From Tubiluchus corallicola (lineage: Eukaryota > Animalia > Priapulida), in contig JAQGDQ010000078.1 of NCBI GenBank assembly GCA_030141605.1, forward strand, positions 372,001-436,000: a stretch of 64,000 nt of DNA, written 5' to 3'. The notes under the pieces are model-generated. The model ran no database searches. It was not told where the DNA came from and saw only the letters and a program-made list of their open reading frames with translations. A program made the position numbers and the translations under genes. Position 1 is the first letter of the stretch. Every line of letters starts with the position of its first letter. This document shows positions 12,901 through 25,600 of the stretch, one piece after another.

Positions 12901-14276
12901 AGTAACTCAAATTATCGCAATATGGGTGCATTTTTGGTATATGCATATCATAATAAAAGATATCACGATGCGCTGGTACATTGACATATCGTTACAGGCC
13001 TAATATCTGTACAAGTTTTGGTGTGCATTTAGTAATGCGTGATCCTTTATTTTTAGCCGCTATGAACGGGAACTTTTATCGTAAGGTTGACAGTTTGTGA
13101 AGGGCCAACTACATTGTAAATACATTTATTTAAATTTTTGCATCGACATTTACGGGCATGTTGAATGTGCTTGCAAAAATTGTTCTGTTTGCTACCCTTT
13201 ACTAAAGAACAAGTAGACCTAATGGCATGTTTGATTCAAATCTATAGTTTATAACACCAAAGGGTGCCATGCTAGGAATGACATTTTAAAATTCATATTT
13301 ATCATTATACATTATTTGCAGTTGTAAACTGTTTGACGAAAATGTGATACTAGTTCTATTAAAAATAAAATTTGTTTAATCAATTGTCACTGGTATACAA
13401 AAATTGTGGCTATATCTAGCTACTTAGCTAGTTTATGAAACTCGCCAAATCATAAGGCTTTCACTAATATTATTAATTTGGAGCCGCATTCAGAAAGCCG
13501 TCACTAAGTTATAGACACCTTTATTATCAGTTTGTTGATCAAAGTAACAACATCTTTAATTTAGTGATGGGTTTGTGAAATCAGCCTCTGATATTTTTTG
13601 ATTATTATATAATTATTTGTTAGTGAATGGTATTTTTCATTTAGAAACTGCCATTTTTTAGAATTGAATTTACATTGTATTCTTGCAAGTCCTAGACTAG
13701 TTCTTAACAATTGTGATTTATAACTTGTTAAGCATGTTATTGGTTATGCAGTTTTGATCTTTTTCCATGTTTTTTTTTCATTTATTTGCCTCTTTTCTAA
13801 TTTGCACATTTGTTATTATTGCATGATATTATAATTTTAATCTGGTAAAAACAACTACGATGCCATATTGTTGTTGTAGAGATTATAATAAATTGTACAG
13901 AATAACACATGCCAACTTGTAGAACTTTTATCTCTGTTCACCTTTTGAATTAATTTAATATTTAACTTTAAATTGTTTAATATTTGAATACTTTACTTAG
14001 AGCAATCTGAGTTACTGTGCTCACAAATATGTATGTTCTGTTCTTTCACCATTCCACATTTTCTGTTCACTAACAGCACAATTGAAAATTTTGCATACAT
14101 TTACTTCCCTATCATAGTGTCCTGTATAAAACAATTTTCTTGATAGTTATGTATGTTATTGAAATTTGTTTTCAAATTAATGGCTATGTCTACTGTTTTC
14201 TTGTAGGAAAAAACGGGCTCTATATAAGCAGCGTGTACAAGATAAAGATTATGACGAAGAAAATCCTAGAATATAA
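3949..14276 (+). CDS. Type-I membrane protein with two divergent SRCR (scavenger receptor cysteine-rich) domains, 342 aa, 8 coding exons
   Basis: Exons 3949-4030, 8097-8228, 8715-8915, 9802-10070, 11077-11206, 12162-12282, 13057-13080, 14207-14276; all GT-AG, phases consistent, 1029 nt. Signal peptide MAASSFISSCFQTLLTFSLFLCILELHRGAFA; SRCR1 GPASNHGKIHISFHGKTGLLCSHTFGKTEAEIACSEMNY...KC...SC...NCTADKGVGVTC; SRCR2 GVLLAYHHSKWQTVC...KVFCRATGC...CSGSENDIRNC...C; TM IVGAIVVGIVAIIGVTIYCYF; tail ends DKDYDEENPRI*. Confidence 0.88.
4130..4235 (-). mobile_element. L2/Crack-type LINE 3' end (stem-loop plus AT-rich tail)
   Basis: TTTATTTATTTAT run followed by GGGGTAGC-GAAAGACC..GGTC..-GCCACCCC inverted stem. 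A related motif lies at ~2299-2340 and a weaker one at ~62175-62232. Family assignment is inference. Confidence 0.45.
4280..4525. repeat. Degenerate tandem repeat, ~35-45 bp units
   Basis: Recurrent variants of GTAGTTAAATCA..AATGCA..AAATGAGCAAAA. Confidence 0.55.
5370..5950 (+). mobile_element. CR1-like LINE ORF2 fragment (RT motif and C-terminus, internally deleted)
   Basis: YLDFKKAFDSVPH at 5411-5449, then LLEYAILVCNP, RRIRGDLIQVYRI, RGH, WNELPREAIDAKTVNYFKGKID across frameshifts. Confidence 0.85.
7200..7660 (+). mobile_element. CR1-like LINE 3' fragment
   Basis: LELRRRHGDLIRVYKIL...TRGHSLKLFKERSRLNIRKYSFSVRVMNK*FNLP, a typical CR1 ORF2 C-terminus with stops. Confidence 0.88.
10354..10503. 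mobile_element. Palindromic MITE, PIF/Harbinger-like
   Basis: TIRs TGGCACATTCAGACGTAGAAA / TTTCTACGTCTGAATGCGCTA with TAA on both flanks, plus an internal extra right-TIR copy ending ~10448. A similar element lies at ~45422-45512. Confidence 0.75.
12383..13002. mobile_element. hAT-type non-autonomous transposon (MITE), 620 bp
   Basis: TIRs TAGGGCTGTAACGATA / TATCGTTACAGGCCTA; perfect 8-bp TSD ATATCTGT at 12375-12382 and 13003-13010. Confidence 0.92.
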
Positions 14277-14664
14277 CATGATACTGCTAAAGATTTCTAG
14301 TGAAGAATGAAAAACTTTGGTATTTTTCTCTTTTTATACCTCTGTTCATGACAGGTAACATATTTGTAGATCTCCAGTCTTTACTGGAAACACCAAAACG
14401 TCTATAAGCTCATGTGCAAAAATTAGTTCAGTTTGGCACATGTCTATGTAGGGTTTTTAACAATTAATTCTAAATTATTTTTCATTTATTTATGGAGATT
14501 CTTTTCAGATCCTGTTGTACTTGTTAAATGTAGTATGCTTTCGCAGTACTATGTTTTTAAGATACATTAGCTAAGAAAGTTAATTTCAAGATGTAATAGT
14601 GGTGATACAATGAACCTAAGTTATTAAATTGTTGAAACTGAAGGAGTAAATCAGCAAAGGTCAT

Positions 14665-14737
14665 GAGTTATCCTGGATTTGAACCTGGACCTTTACCTTA
14701 CGAGAGTACTGTCTTGACCAACTGCCTGGTTAGCCCC
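14665..14737 (-). mobile_element. tRNA-derived SINE head (pol III A/B boxes)
   Basis: Minus strand GGGGCTAACCAGGCAGTTGGTCAAGAC...CCAGGTTCAAATCCAGG; B box at 14675-14685; I could not fold a full cloverleaf. Confidence 0.55.
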
Positions 14738-16584
14738 TTGTGACATCTTAGTTCTAGTAATTTACCAATCAAGTCTTAGCTAGCTGTTACTAAAAAAAAT
14801 ACTAGTAAATACGATCTTTTATTTAGAGTCCAGAATTGCTAGATGTTTATCGTCTGCTCAAATCAATTAGAAAAAATAAAAAAAATATTCCATTTAGAAG
14901 GTAAATGTTCAGATGTGATTGAGCAGATCCAAAATTACACACTGATTTTCTGATTTTTAAATTATTTACAAATAAATAAAATAAAAATCTAATTAGTTAG
15001 TATGTGGTCTAGCAGAAGTGAGGAAACAGTTGGAAGTGCTGTATTATTTGGTGAAGTAGGCCTAATAGAACTGAATTAAGGCCGACCTTGATCACAAATA
15101 CATTATGTCAGATTAATCTAAAGGATTCTGGTTCAAATCTGGGATCAATCAACCTGATTTCCTTCTTTTAGGCCCAGTTTAATTTAAAGAACTTTGTTAC
15201 TTTGGTTTGGTTTATTACGTGGAAAATTGTTTTGAAATTGTGAAGTTTAATTCAATTTTATGTTTGTAACTGCATTTTTTATTAAACCTTCATGCAAGGT
15301 TGTAAAAATGTTGGCTAATTGTGATTTTGACTGTTTTTTTGATTTTAATCATTAGTAAAAGGCTTTTCATAAAAAATTATAGAAAATCTGTAAGTATGTA
15401 TCTAAGTTTTGCCCTTTTTCCTTTTTTCAAAATATTAGGTTGCATTGGTCAAGCTATAATATAAAAAATGATGAATTAAATTGCTTCAAATTTATTAGTT
15501 ATCTTCTAATTACATTGTAATTTTTCCTGTTTGTAGTATGTATCTAGTTAGATCATGTTCTGATGTGAAGTTTTACTGAGCTATAATTGTGAGCATGTTA
15601 GAACAGGCCTAGACTGTTGTGTTGTAACATGTGTAAGTTTATTTAGGGATTTTTGAAGCATGGTGTTTTCGGTTTTCTCTACAATGAAAATTAGTGCCAT
15701 TTTTACTTCAGTGGGTCTATGACCATTACCATGCTGTGCCTTTCAGCAAAAAGCATTTTTACAATCTGCTAAAGTGAATAATGAATCTCTCATTGGGCAG
15801 TGATAATGCCTTTTTGTAAATGCTTTAGATACATTTTTATAGACATTTTCGAATGAAGTATTTTATAGCCGCTTATCTCAAGTGCAGAGTATTTTTGTAA
15901 TGATGTTACTACAAGTTTTTCAATGAATTTTCTAGCTGTGGCTTTGGCTACGTATTTAGCTTTTCTACGTAATAATTTAAACGCGTTAAATGATGACTCG
16001 GAAAACTGATTCTTGAGAAGAGACTTGAACGACTATAAAATGAATCTCGTTTTGATGATGTTAATACATTGGAGTTGTCTCAATGAATTGTTCTATTTAT
16101 ATTGTTTAATAACCGGGTCAGTGGTAACTATGAAAGTATTTCTGGCAAAGTCTATAATAATCTATAAACTCAAAATAATAGCTAACTTCTCAGTGTACTT
16201 TTTAACCTTTTTTCAATTTAGTATATTGAAGAGAAAAAAAAGTGCATTGCTGTTATACAGTGAAACAAAAAATGCTTTGCTTGCTGACAATACAGATGCA
16301 CTAATCTTTTTGATCTTTTGTCAGAAGCACAAGTATTTCGTTTCTTAGTTAAATAACTCTTGCATAAACAGTAAATGCAAATGTACATTTTTCTGCGCTA
16401 CTTGCAAGTATTTTGACGAGTGTAACATTGCTGCTGTGTCGCTTTAATATCTATTTTGAAGGAACAGTTTTTTGAGTCTTTTACTTGTTTAAAGAGTTAT
16501 ACGGGTTTTATAATATTGTTAACGCTGAAATTTTTTTACATGGAACTTATGATGTTATGTGGCTGCATATCTTGTGCTTATTTT

Positions 16585-16825
16585 GTATACAAATTTGTAT
16601 TCATTACTAGTAAGTTAAATTTCATTAATATTTGGCTGTATAACGCTTACAGTGCCTGCATATCTACATACTGATATTGCATACAACTTTGTATTCATTA
16701 CTAGTAAGTTAAATTTCATTAATATTTGGCTTTATAACTCTTACAGTGCCTGCATATATACATGGTGATATTGTGTAAAAATTAAATTAATGTTGTTGAT
16801 ATTTGGCTTTATAACACTTACAGTA
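16585..16825. repeat. Tandem duplication, 94-bp unit x ~2.5
   Basis: TTTGTATTCATTACTAGTAAGTTAAATTTCATTAATATTTGGC starts at 16594 and 16688; a third partial copy follows. Confidence 0.9.
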
Positions 16826-17929
16826 CATTTGTTATTAACTTAAACCAACTTACACTGTTTCCTTATCCTGTGAAATATGAGATATTGTCTTTTTATGCAG
16901 TTCGGCAGCATTGGCTCTCTGCAAGGCAGCATGCAGATGGCACTGCCCAGTCACCCATTTGTTTACCTACCAGTGCTGCTGAACGTTCACAGCAGAACGC
17001 ACATGGTAGTCATGTAGCTCTTTGTCTACAGCCTGCTTATCATTTCTAAATGCTAATCCTCGGATATCATTTCAAACATTAAAAGCTTTTGCGAGTTTGA
17101 ATTTAAAACATGAATTATAAAAATGTGGATAATGATGTTATAGTGATAGCATCAGTAATCGATCAGTTGTAGATTTGCTAAGTTCTTTAGTATAAGTTAA
17201 GCTCGCAGAGGGCAAAATGTTGTCAGTGATGTCACACTTACATGATCGCTTCCAGAAGCTCGCAGTCATTTTAACTTTTTCATACTGCATTTTTAATGAG
17301 CGTAAATTTTCAAACAAACAGTGCCATGCACATGTCTCGGCTTCAATAGTGATCTGTAGCAAAGTAAGTTGTCATCTTTTTTGGTTTCCCTCAGTAAGAG
17401 TGTTATGTAATTTAAAGTGAAGCATTAATAAGTGCAATTTTGTTACTTCGTTAGACAAACGGGTGACTCAAACATTTTATTACAAGGCTTCAGAATATGC
17501 TAAAATGCTCGTGATATTAGTGAGATGCTTTGTATATATTGCAAAAAAGCTAGTGCTTTTGTTTATGAGCCTTAATTGCGTAATACAGCTATTATTAAGC
17601 TGCTATATGCTATTATACGCTATTATACGCTACTGCGTAATTACGAAGTAAGCTATTTAAAATGAATAGTAATTATGATGATGATAATGCTCAGGCTACT
17701 GATTCAGTATTATTATACCGCTTACTTTGTAAAATGAAAGTCAAGAACTAACCAAAATGGTTAGTCATAAATATATTAAATTTATGAGAAAGATCTACAG
17801 TTATGTATAGTCATCAGCGCTAACATTCATTGTGCTGTTAAACCCTACATTTTTGCATTAATCAGATTAAATTTCAGCTCTTTTTTGCTAATGTAATTTG
17901 ATTTTGTATACTTGCCATGAATAATACAT

Positions 17930-18160
17930 TTTTCTTCCGCTTCAAGGTCTCATTCCGACTGTTGTCGTCAATGAGGCATTAACATTTTTTAGAGCATTCC
18001 ACTCACTCCTATCTGCAGCTAACAACATAAGTTCTTGTGCTCCTAAAGCTAGATTTGGTTGAAGTTGTTGAACATCTTTATTTGTCTTAGCTATCCAAAT
18101 GGATTTTCGTTTGCCTCGTGGGCTTTTGCAAGGTTTTAAGGCCCTCATAAGATTTTCGTT
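17930..18160 (-). mobile_element. RTE-like LINE 3' fragment
   Basis: RALKPCKSPRGKRKSIW...KDVQQLQPNL...LAADRSEWNAL resembles the RTE ORF C-terminus (GRPxxxW..D...AxDRxxW). A related copy lies at 52195-52480. Confidence 0.7.
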
Positions 18161-18844
18161 CTAAGTGTATAAATCTTAATTTTTGATCATCTTATCTTTA
18201 ATGCCGTCTTATCTTTAATGCGCACTTTTCTTTTTTGCTAGGTAGCTGAAATGTCACATTTTATTCTATTGAAGATTTTATACCAGTTTTCTAATAGAAC
18301 TTTCACTAACAGCAGCTAGTGATTTTACAAATGCCAGCTTTCCAACAAAGAATTTTTTCTTGAACACCATCCTTCCTATCACTGGTAAATAAAAACTAGT
18401 CTGTGCTCCCGGTTTATTAGCATTTTATGGACAAGTGTAACGTCTATCAGCAAATTTCACCTTGCAAGTGTTTCAGAGTTTATGTGCTTGTATATTATGT
18501 AATATTTGGAATACTGTTAGTCGACTTTGATAATGCTGTTGTAGTCATTTGTATCTCTAAAATAGTACTGCTTTGCTGAATTTTGCAAATTTGAATAATT
18601 ACATTTTCATAATGTAAGATATGTATACAACTTAGATAATTATTGTAGTAATGTTATCATAGCATGAGGATTTATGATTGTCTAATGATAGACGATTTGT
18701 TGTTGTGGTTGTTACATAATGAAGCTAGTTATTAGTAATAGTAACTAGATACTATTTTTGGAATGTTGTTTTACTAATATATTATATTTTTGGCAACTAA
18801 TCAAAAAATGTTAATGGATAGTTTAGTGTGTATAAAATATGTCG

Positions 18845-18850
18845 AATAAA
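18845..18850 (+). terminator. Candidate polyadenylation signal of the SRCR gene
   Basis: AATAAA followed by T-rich sequence, where + strand composition flips from T-rich to A-rich. Confidence 0.35.
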
Positions 18851-20552
18851 TCTTTAAATTGAGGCAATTTGATTTTTACTTTCGGTAATTCTCAATTTTG
18901 AGTCAAATTTGCACAAATTTCAACCAGAATAATTTTTAACTGAAATCACTGCATGACAACGAAATGAACCCAATCATTTATCATTTGCTGTTATACGATT
19001 CAGTAATATATTTAATAAACCACATAATGCAAATAACAATAAATCTTCGTAACATTTTGATTAAGAATATCAACCAAGCACCAAAATATACATTAAAATT
19101 AAAAATGTAAGAACAATAGATGGTTTTCAATAAACTTAACAAGAAAAAATAAATCCATAATTAACATTTAAAAAATAAATAGAGGCACAAAAGTGCTCAA
19201 TTTAATTGTAAAATGAATAAAAAATATGTGTAGCTCACGTGGAAGTTTTAGACTAGGATGCAAACATGAGGGAAACAATTTCCACTGCTATAACAACAAT
19301 TACAAATTATGCATAAATAAATTGCCGTATGAATCTTCAGGAATGTTATATAAGACCAGATTTCATGTCAATCTAATTAATTAAGGTGGCATGCAATTTC
19401 AGCAGTGCTTGACGGCTGAATTAAAACACTCAAGCAACTCGAGAAATACAAGTTGAGTAAAATACACAAATGACGGTCAATTTCAAGAGCCGCAGTTAAC
19501 ATCATCGATTTTATGCCTTTGAACCAATTACAAGAAAAGTCTGGGGAAACATAAAACTAGTGGCAACTTCAACGTGTTAACGCAATAATTGCATCCAGGA
19601 TGCAGAGCGGTCAAATGCGTTTGGATGAAGAAGCTGAAACGCACAACTTCTGAGCAATAAATACTGCATGTTTTATGGCACAATACGTAAAGACTCAGCA
19701 TATTTTCATCAAAGTTCTGCTACATTTCAATAAATGGAGATAAGAAACAAACTAAAATAATATAAAGCATAAAGATTTGTCCAATATTAAGAAAAATTTC
19801 TGATTGGATGAAATACAAGATACAATTCTACAGTGTAGTCTATAGCACGATTTTAGAAACAATGATATAACCGCTCAAAACATTTTCTGATTTGATAATT
19901 GTATAATAGTTGTGGTTAAGCATGCCTGGAATAGATAGTGGGGTGCAACACTAATGCAAGCAGCCACTGGCCAAAATCTTGTCTACTGTACATAGTTGCG
20001 GTGCACAGCTAAGACGTAAGTTGAAATATATTTTTTTACTCTTTGTGTATTTACAACATAATGTTCAATTGTTAAAATGTGAATCTAATATTGGACAAAA
20101 TTCTAACAGGCTGCCTCCTCAAGACATACAGGTTTTACGCCACGTTTGCAGTCCGAATATGTCCCGGCCCTTGGCCTCTAGATGTGCAGAACTGCATATG
20201 CGGTATTATGTACTCTCAAAAATTTAATTACCAAACAATTACTGCAAAGCTTTGTTTACAAAAAAATTAAGAGAATAATGAATTAATGATCGTTTTGAAT
20301 ACATGGTAGTAACAGTGAAACCTATAAAATCTCATGTGGGGCAAAGCATTTTGGCTTTATTCAAAATTGGCCAAATATTATAGAGTAAAGATGTAATGCA
20401 CCCTATTCTCTGATGTATTTGGTTTTCATACTTCTTGAGTTTTATATTTCATTGGTCTAATGAGATGACATTGAAATGTCATGACATCTGACTTGAATAA
20501 AGTAAAATTATACATCAGTCTTAGCATTACTCATGCCATATTATAATACACA

Positions 20553-20834
20553 TAGGGCCGTCTGAACGCATGGACAGGCTAAGCAGTTGCCCGGGGCACC
20601 CCAACAGCATCGGGGCCCCATGCTATTATTACATTTTCAAGGCTCAAGTTATATTGTTCAAACGTTTGTGAAATATTTGCTGTACAGTATGTTTTGCTGG
20701 AAGCACCGATACAATAAATATATATTTAATTTTATCGACCATTTATATTTTTAGTCTTGTGAATGGCTGTGTAGATAGAGGGCCTCAGTGGACTACTTTG
20801 CCCAGGGGCCTATAATGCTGTTAAGACGGCCCTG
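20553..20834. mobile_element. hAT-type MITE, family A copy 1
   Basis: TIRs TAGGGCCGTCT / AGACGGCCCTG; 8-bp TSD AATACACA/AATACCCA (7 of 8); homologous to 46307-46685. Confidence 0.88.
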
Positions 20835-21804
20835 AATACCCAAATACAAAACTGTCTCCAGCAAAGTGTAAGCTAAACTCATACACTATTATCATAAGTA
20901 ATACATAAAATGCATAATTGTTAAAATTTACAATCTTACTAAAGGCTATATTATACACGTAAGTGACTGACTAGTTTTTATAGATAAAAAAGTTAAAAAT
21001 GTAAATAGTTTAAAAATTGGCTAAGTGAAAATTCAAAGAATATTACAATAACATAAGCACCTTTCAAGGAACTTACTAGACCATAACATTAACATTAGGA
21101 ATGTATTACAATAACGCATTCACTGTTAAACTTTTCATAATCACTGTTCTCGACACTACGTACTGTGAACGTGTGCATAACTCACAAATACACATGCCTT
21201 TATGTATGCATAAATTTACAAGCAAAATCATGCCCTTTCACCTTGGTTATGCCTTACATTAAATCTGCCAACAATATTAAAATTATGATCAAAAAAATAC
21301 AAAACAAGGAAGTGAAAAAGGTCAAAATGCAGTACAATAAAGTAATTGACTAGGCAGTTACTGAAACCATCTAATGTAATCTAATGTGAAATTTAAAAAA
21401 AAGATGCCAGTTTATGTACAAGCTATTTTAATTAAAAATTTGAGATTTACCATTGTGTTCTGTCAAGAATTCAGCTGTGCAGGCTATCACAACTTTTTAA
21501 AGCCGAAAAACTAAGCTTTACATGCACAAATAATGATAAAATACTGTCAAGTAGAAAACATTGACTAATATACTGATCATAAAAGTAAAAAGTATGCTAA
21601 ATACAAAAGTGAATCAATTTAAAAATACATATTTTTATTAAACCCTGAGAAAATCATCATGCAAATGTAATTATGGAAAGCATTTCAAGAACTTAGAAAA
21701 CTTTTCTGTAAAAAGTAACATGCTTTCTAAATTCCATGAATCGTAGAGATGAAAGAATCCAAGAAAAGACTCTACATATGCAAAACAGACAGGCAACTGC
21801 GCAT

Positions 21805-21996
21805 TTAATATCTCATTATAACGATATAGCTATCTTGTTTACTATCTCATTGTAATGAGATACTAACTCGTTATAATGACTTACTACCTTGTTATAACAA
21901 GATAACCCTGTTATTATAACAAGATAACTATGTGGTTGTGGTTTAACGAGATAATTATACTTTTCAAAAAACAGATTTGAACTAACGGAGCTCGGT
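21805..21996. repeat. Array of short palindromic units (TCTCGTTATAACGAGA-like), probable DNA transposon remnant
   Basis: Variants ATCTCATTATAACGATAT, ATCTCATTGTAATGAGAT, CTTGTTATAACAAG spaced roughly 20-30 bp apart. Confidence 0.55.
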
Positions 21997-22650
21997 AGAC
22001 AGCACCCATGATATTTAAAAATAGAAATAAAGCTACATAATTAGATAGTATTTTAATGATGCAAAGTCATTGTTAAAGCACACAACATGAATGTAGTTTA
22101 AAGACGTAAAAAGTTTCAAGTGGTAAAAAAGACAGCAAACTCTCTTACAATTCACAGAATACAGTCATCCTATTCTATAAAGAAAGGCAAAACCTGACAT
22201 AATCATCAAAATACAAAATGGGTAATGTGTAATGAATATATGACAAAAAACAAGAATGAAAGAAGTGTAATAAAAACTGCAAGAGGAAAATGTATAAGCA
22301 AATATATATGTTCAGGTAAACGTGTCAATTTCGTAAAGGAAACCCAGGCGATTGTGTAGATATTAGTTTAAAATAAAATATGAACTAAAATATTGAAAAC
22401 TACAATAGCTCTTTTCAAATCAACGTTTAGATAAAATAATAATTACCTTAGATAGTTAAATTTTGTTAAACTTCAGAAGCTACAGTGAATCCACTAAAAC
22501 TGGCAATGGTGCCATTTTGTCACATTCGCATGGCCAACAAATAGGCACTGTACCATGATAAGCGTGAACTGCAGTCTTCGTCTGTGACGAAGAGCCCATT
22601 TTCGTAATATCAGCATGGATATCACATCAGCATGTTATAGCAATCTTCGC

Positions 22651-25600
22651 TTACACAAACGCGCTTGACATGCAGGGAAGATGCCTACAATTACACAAAT
22701 TGTGGTTAGTTTGTGACTTAAACAATAGCTGTGTTCGGTTGCCGTTAATTAACTTTTCAAGCTGATTATTCAAATATAAGAACAATTGCTAACTTTTATA
22801 GGCAAGAAAATGTATATTTTGGACAGTAAATTAAAATAAGATTGAGTCTAATCAATCATCTGGCTTTCCTTTAAAGCACTGTAGGTAAAAGGTATAATGG
22901 CTGACCACCATAATGGTACACCAACATCAGAAAGATAAATCGCATTTTATCACCTGTATATGAGCTGCAACCATTTACCGGTGCATATACTGCTTACATT
23001 TCACTATTGCCTACAGGTGAAGGGCACTTATCTATTTTGACAGTTGGTAGGTCGTGTGGCTTCTCATTCGGCTGCTGTACTCTTGCAGAACCTTTAAGAG
23101 AACCTCGGGTAACATGCTGCTCTTTAGTTTTTACGAGAGGAGAGCTATGTGTTGCTCTCAGTGGTCTAGGAGAAGAGTGCGGAGTTGTATGCTGCGATCC
23201 ACCCAGATGTTTCCGTTGCATCACCGGTGTGCTGCGCGGAGATTGGGAAGGTGAATGCTGATGAGATCGACGTCCAGATCCTAGACGATCCAGGCGATCC
23301 TATGAATGTATTATGTAATTTACTGTAAAGAAAACTTTAGCACATAATGTCGTTTTTCCTGAATTAAGTATCACTGACTACTGCCTAAAAAATTCTTACA
23401 ACATATCTATTATTAAATTCTTATCAACCAATATTAATTAAAAATGACTAACTTGCAAAATAACACTGTAAATACGAGTTCATTATTCAATTTACAAAAA
23501 TCAACGTAAACTAGACAAGTTTTCATTCCAGTTAGTAGTAAAGTTAAAGGGCAAATGGTCATAAGAGACTAAAAAGGGAATTTTCATCAAATACAGATCT
23601 CCAACTATCTGAGAAACTCTGCAAATTAAAACTTTTAATGTAGAATGCCACCTACATCATTGAGATACACTCAAAAACGAAAATTTGAAAAAAATCTGTT
23701 TTGCCTTGATCTTTAACCAAATGTGCTCTCTAACCAAACAGATACTACCTTATAAACAGAAATGACAGCTAATACAAGGCAAAGTAATTAACTAAGCATA
23801 GCAAATTATGGAGATGGACATCAAAATATTATAACATTGGCTATTCTAAACCACATAGGGAAAACTTGCACATAATAACATAATAACAACATTACTGTCT
23901 GTTACATCAAATGTAGTAAAAACATTACGGCTTACGTCTCTAGATGCGATCGAACTCTTACGAGAAGCTCTACCTTCACTGTCAGATGGAGACCAAACAT
24001 CATCATCTAACAAAGAAATTGCTTATTCATTTGAATATTCTAAATATGTAATACCAAATTAGTATTAGTAAACAGCTTGAAGGAAAGGACAAGTTTATAT
24101 ACTCCTACTGTAAAGAAATTTTCAGGCGCAGTGGTAACCACCATTCACTTGAAAATTATGACACAACTGGTGGACTTTATAACTTTTCATAATAGCAATG
24201 TGGCTAAGTGGCTTTCCATAAATGCCACTGCTTAATAACTAATTCAAACTTCTACAGCTTACCCAATGTTCATGCAAAAATATCACAAAACTAACGTTTT
24301 GAAAAAACTTTTGGCGGAAATTGTTAGTGCGCTGCTTTTCTTGAGCCGATGAATGGCATCATCTGTGGAAGAACGGGCGTTCAAAATAGGAGTGTTCAAG
24401 AGCGAAACGACCACGACTTCAAAGTGATTTCACTAACTACACGAACTGCTTATCACACTTTTATTACTAAATCCTTCTAACATGAGCACTGAAATGGGCC
24501 TAACTGCCGAAAAGACTTGCCCTTTCCTTTGAAAACGTAAAAGGTGCAACAGATAAAGATACCTTTTCTTACAGACATGACATGGCGATATTTTTCTGGT
24601 GACTTAAAATATTCCTTGAATGAGGAGGGCCTTCTCTCATCGCTAACCTTCACTTCATGTCCTGGATAAAAAAAGACAAGCATTATGACAGTCATTGTGA
24701 AAAATATTATGGTACGAGTATGTAGCAACTGCAACCATATGTGAGCCCATGTGCCGTATAGTGTTTTTCATAAAAAGGTACAATGTCACATTTTATTAAC
24801 AAACAAAAACCCACAGCACCTGTAGTGAGTTGATTAAACAAACAGGCAGAAAAATAATGTTTTCGACAAATCGAAATACTTGGCATTGAAAAGAACAAGA
24901 GAAGAGAGAGAAAACGAATAAGCACAAGAAAGAGAAACAAAGGTAAAACAGACATACTAAAGTCAAAGCTTACATATTTAACCAATTAAAAAACCATGAT
25001 TAGCACAAAATTTGACCAAAAATTTGACATTTAGTTTATACATGTACTTACAGTATTATTGAAAGAAACAACTTTTTATTAAAAACCTAAAAAAGTTTTT
25101 ATACTAAAAATATTTTAAAAACATAAACGTTTAAAATATAAACGTTTAAGTAAACCCTTTAAAATAGCCTTAAAAGAAAATATTTGGCATGATAAAATAT
25201 TTCAAAGATTTTACTAAAATTTGCGTCTTCCAATAGACAAATTTCTACCTGAACGTGGTCGTTGCAAGTTCCGGAAGCACAAAAATATTCCAAGAAGTAA
25301 CACTCCAACTCCTATTGCTGCTCCAAGCCCAATAAATGCATTCACTGTCAAGTCCTCATCAAAATCATCTTCATTATTGACAGAACCTTGAAAAAGATAT
25401 ACATGTACCATCCTAAGGCTAAGTTCATTTACATTCAAACTAATAGCACGCTACAACAGTTGAACTGACTTGGATAACTATAATGACAGTGCATTATTTT
25501 ATTTTTATACACTTTATACTACAAGCTGCAATCTAGCATTCTAAGGTAAAGCCTACTCAATGAGATATTTGTCGTGGGACTGGAACATGGCTTATTATCA

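Noticed and set aside
16013-16348. 111-aa ORF and similar F/L/I/K-rich ORFs across the window
   Set aside because: Composition expected from AT-rich non-coding DNA; mostly non-ATG starts; no motifs or splice support.
23007-23261. Cys-rich + strand ORFs
   Set aside because: Antisense shadow of the LDLa gene exon 23299-22998.
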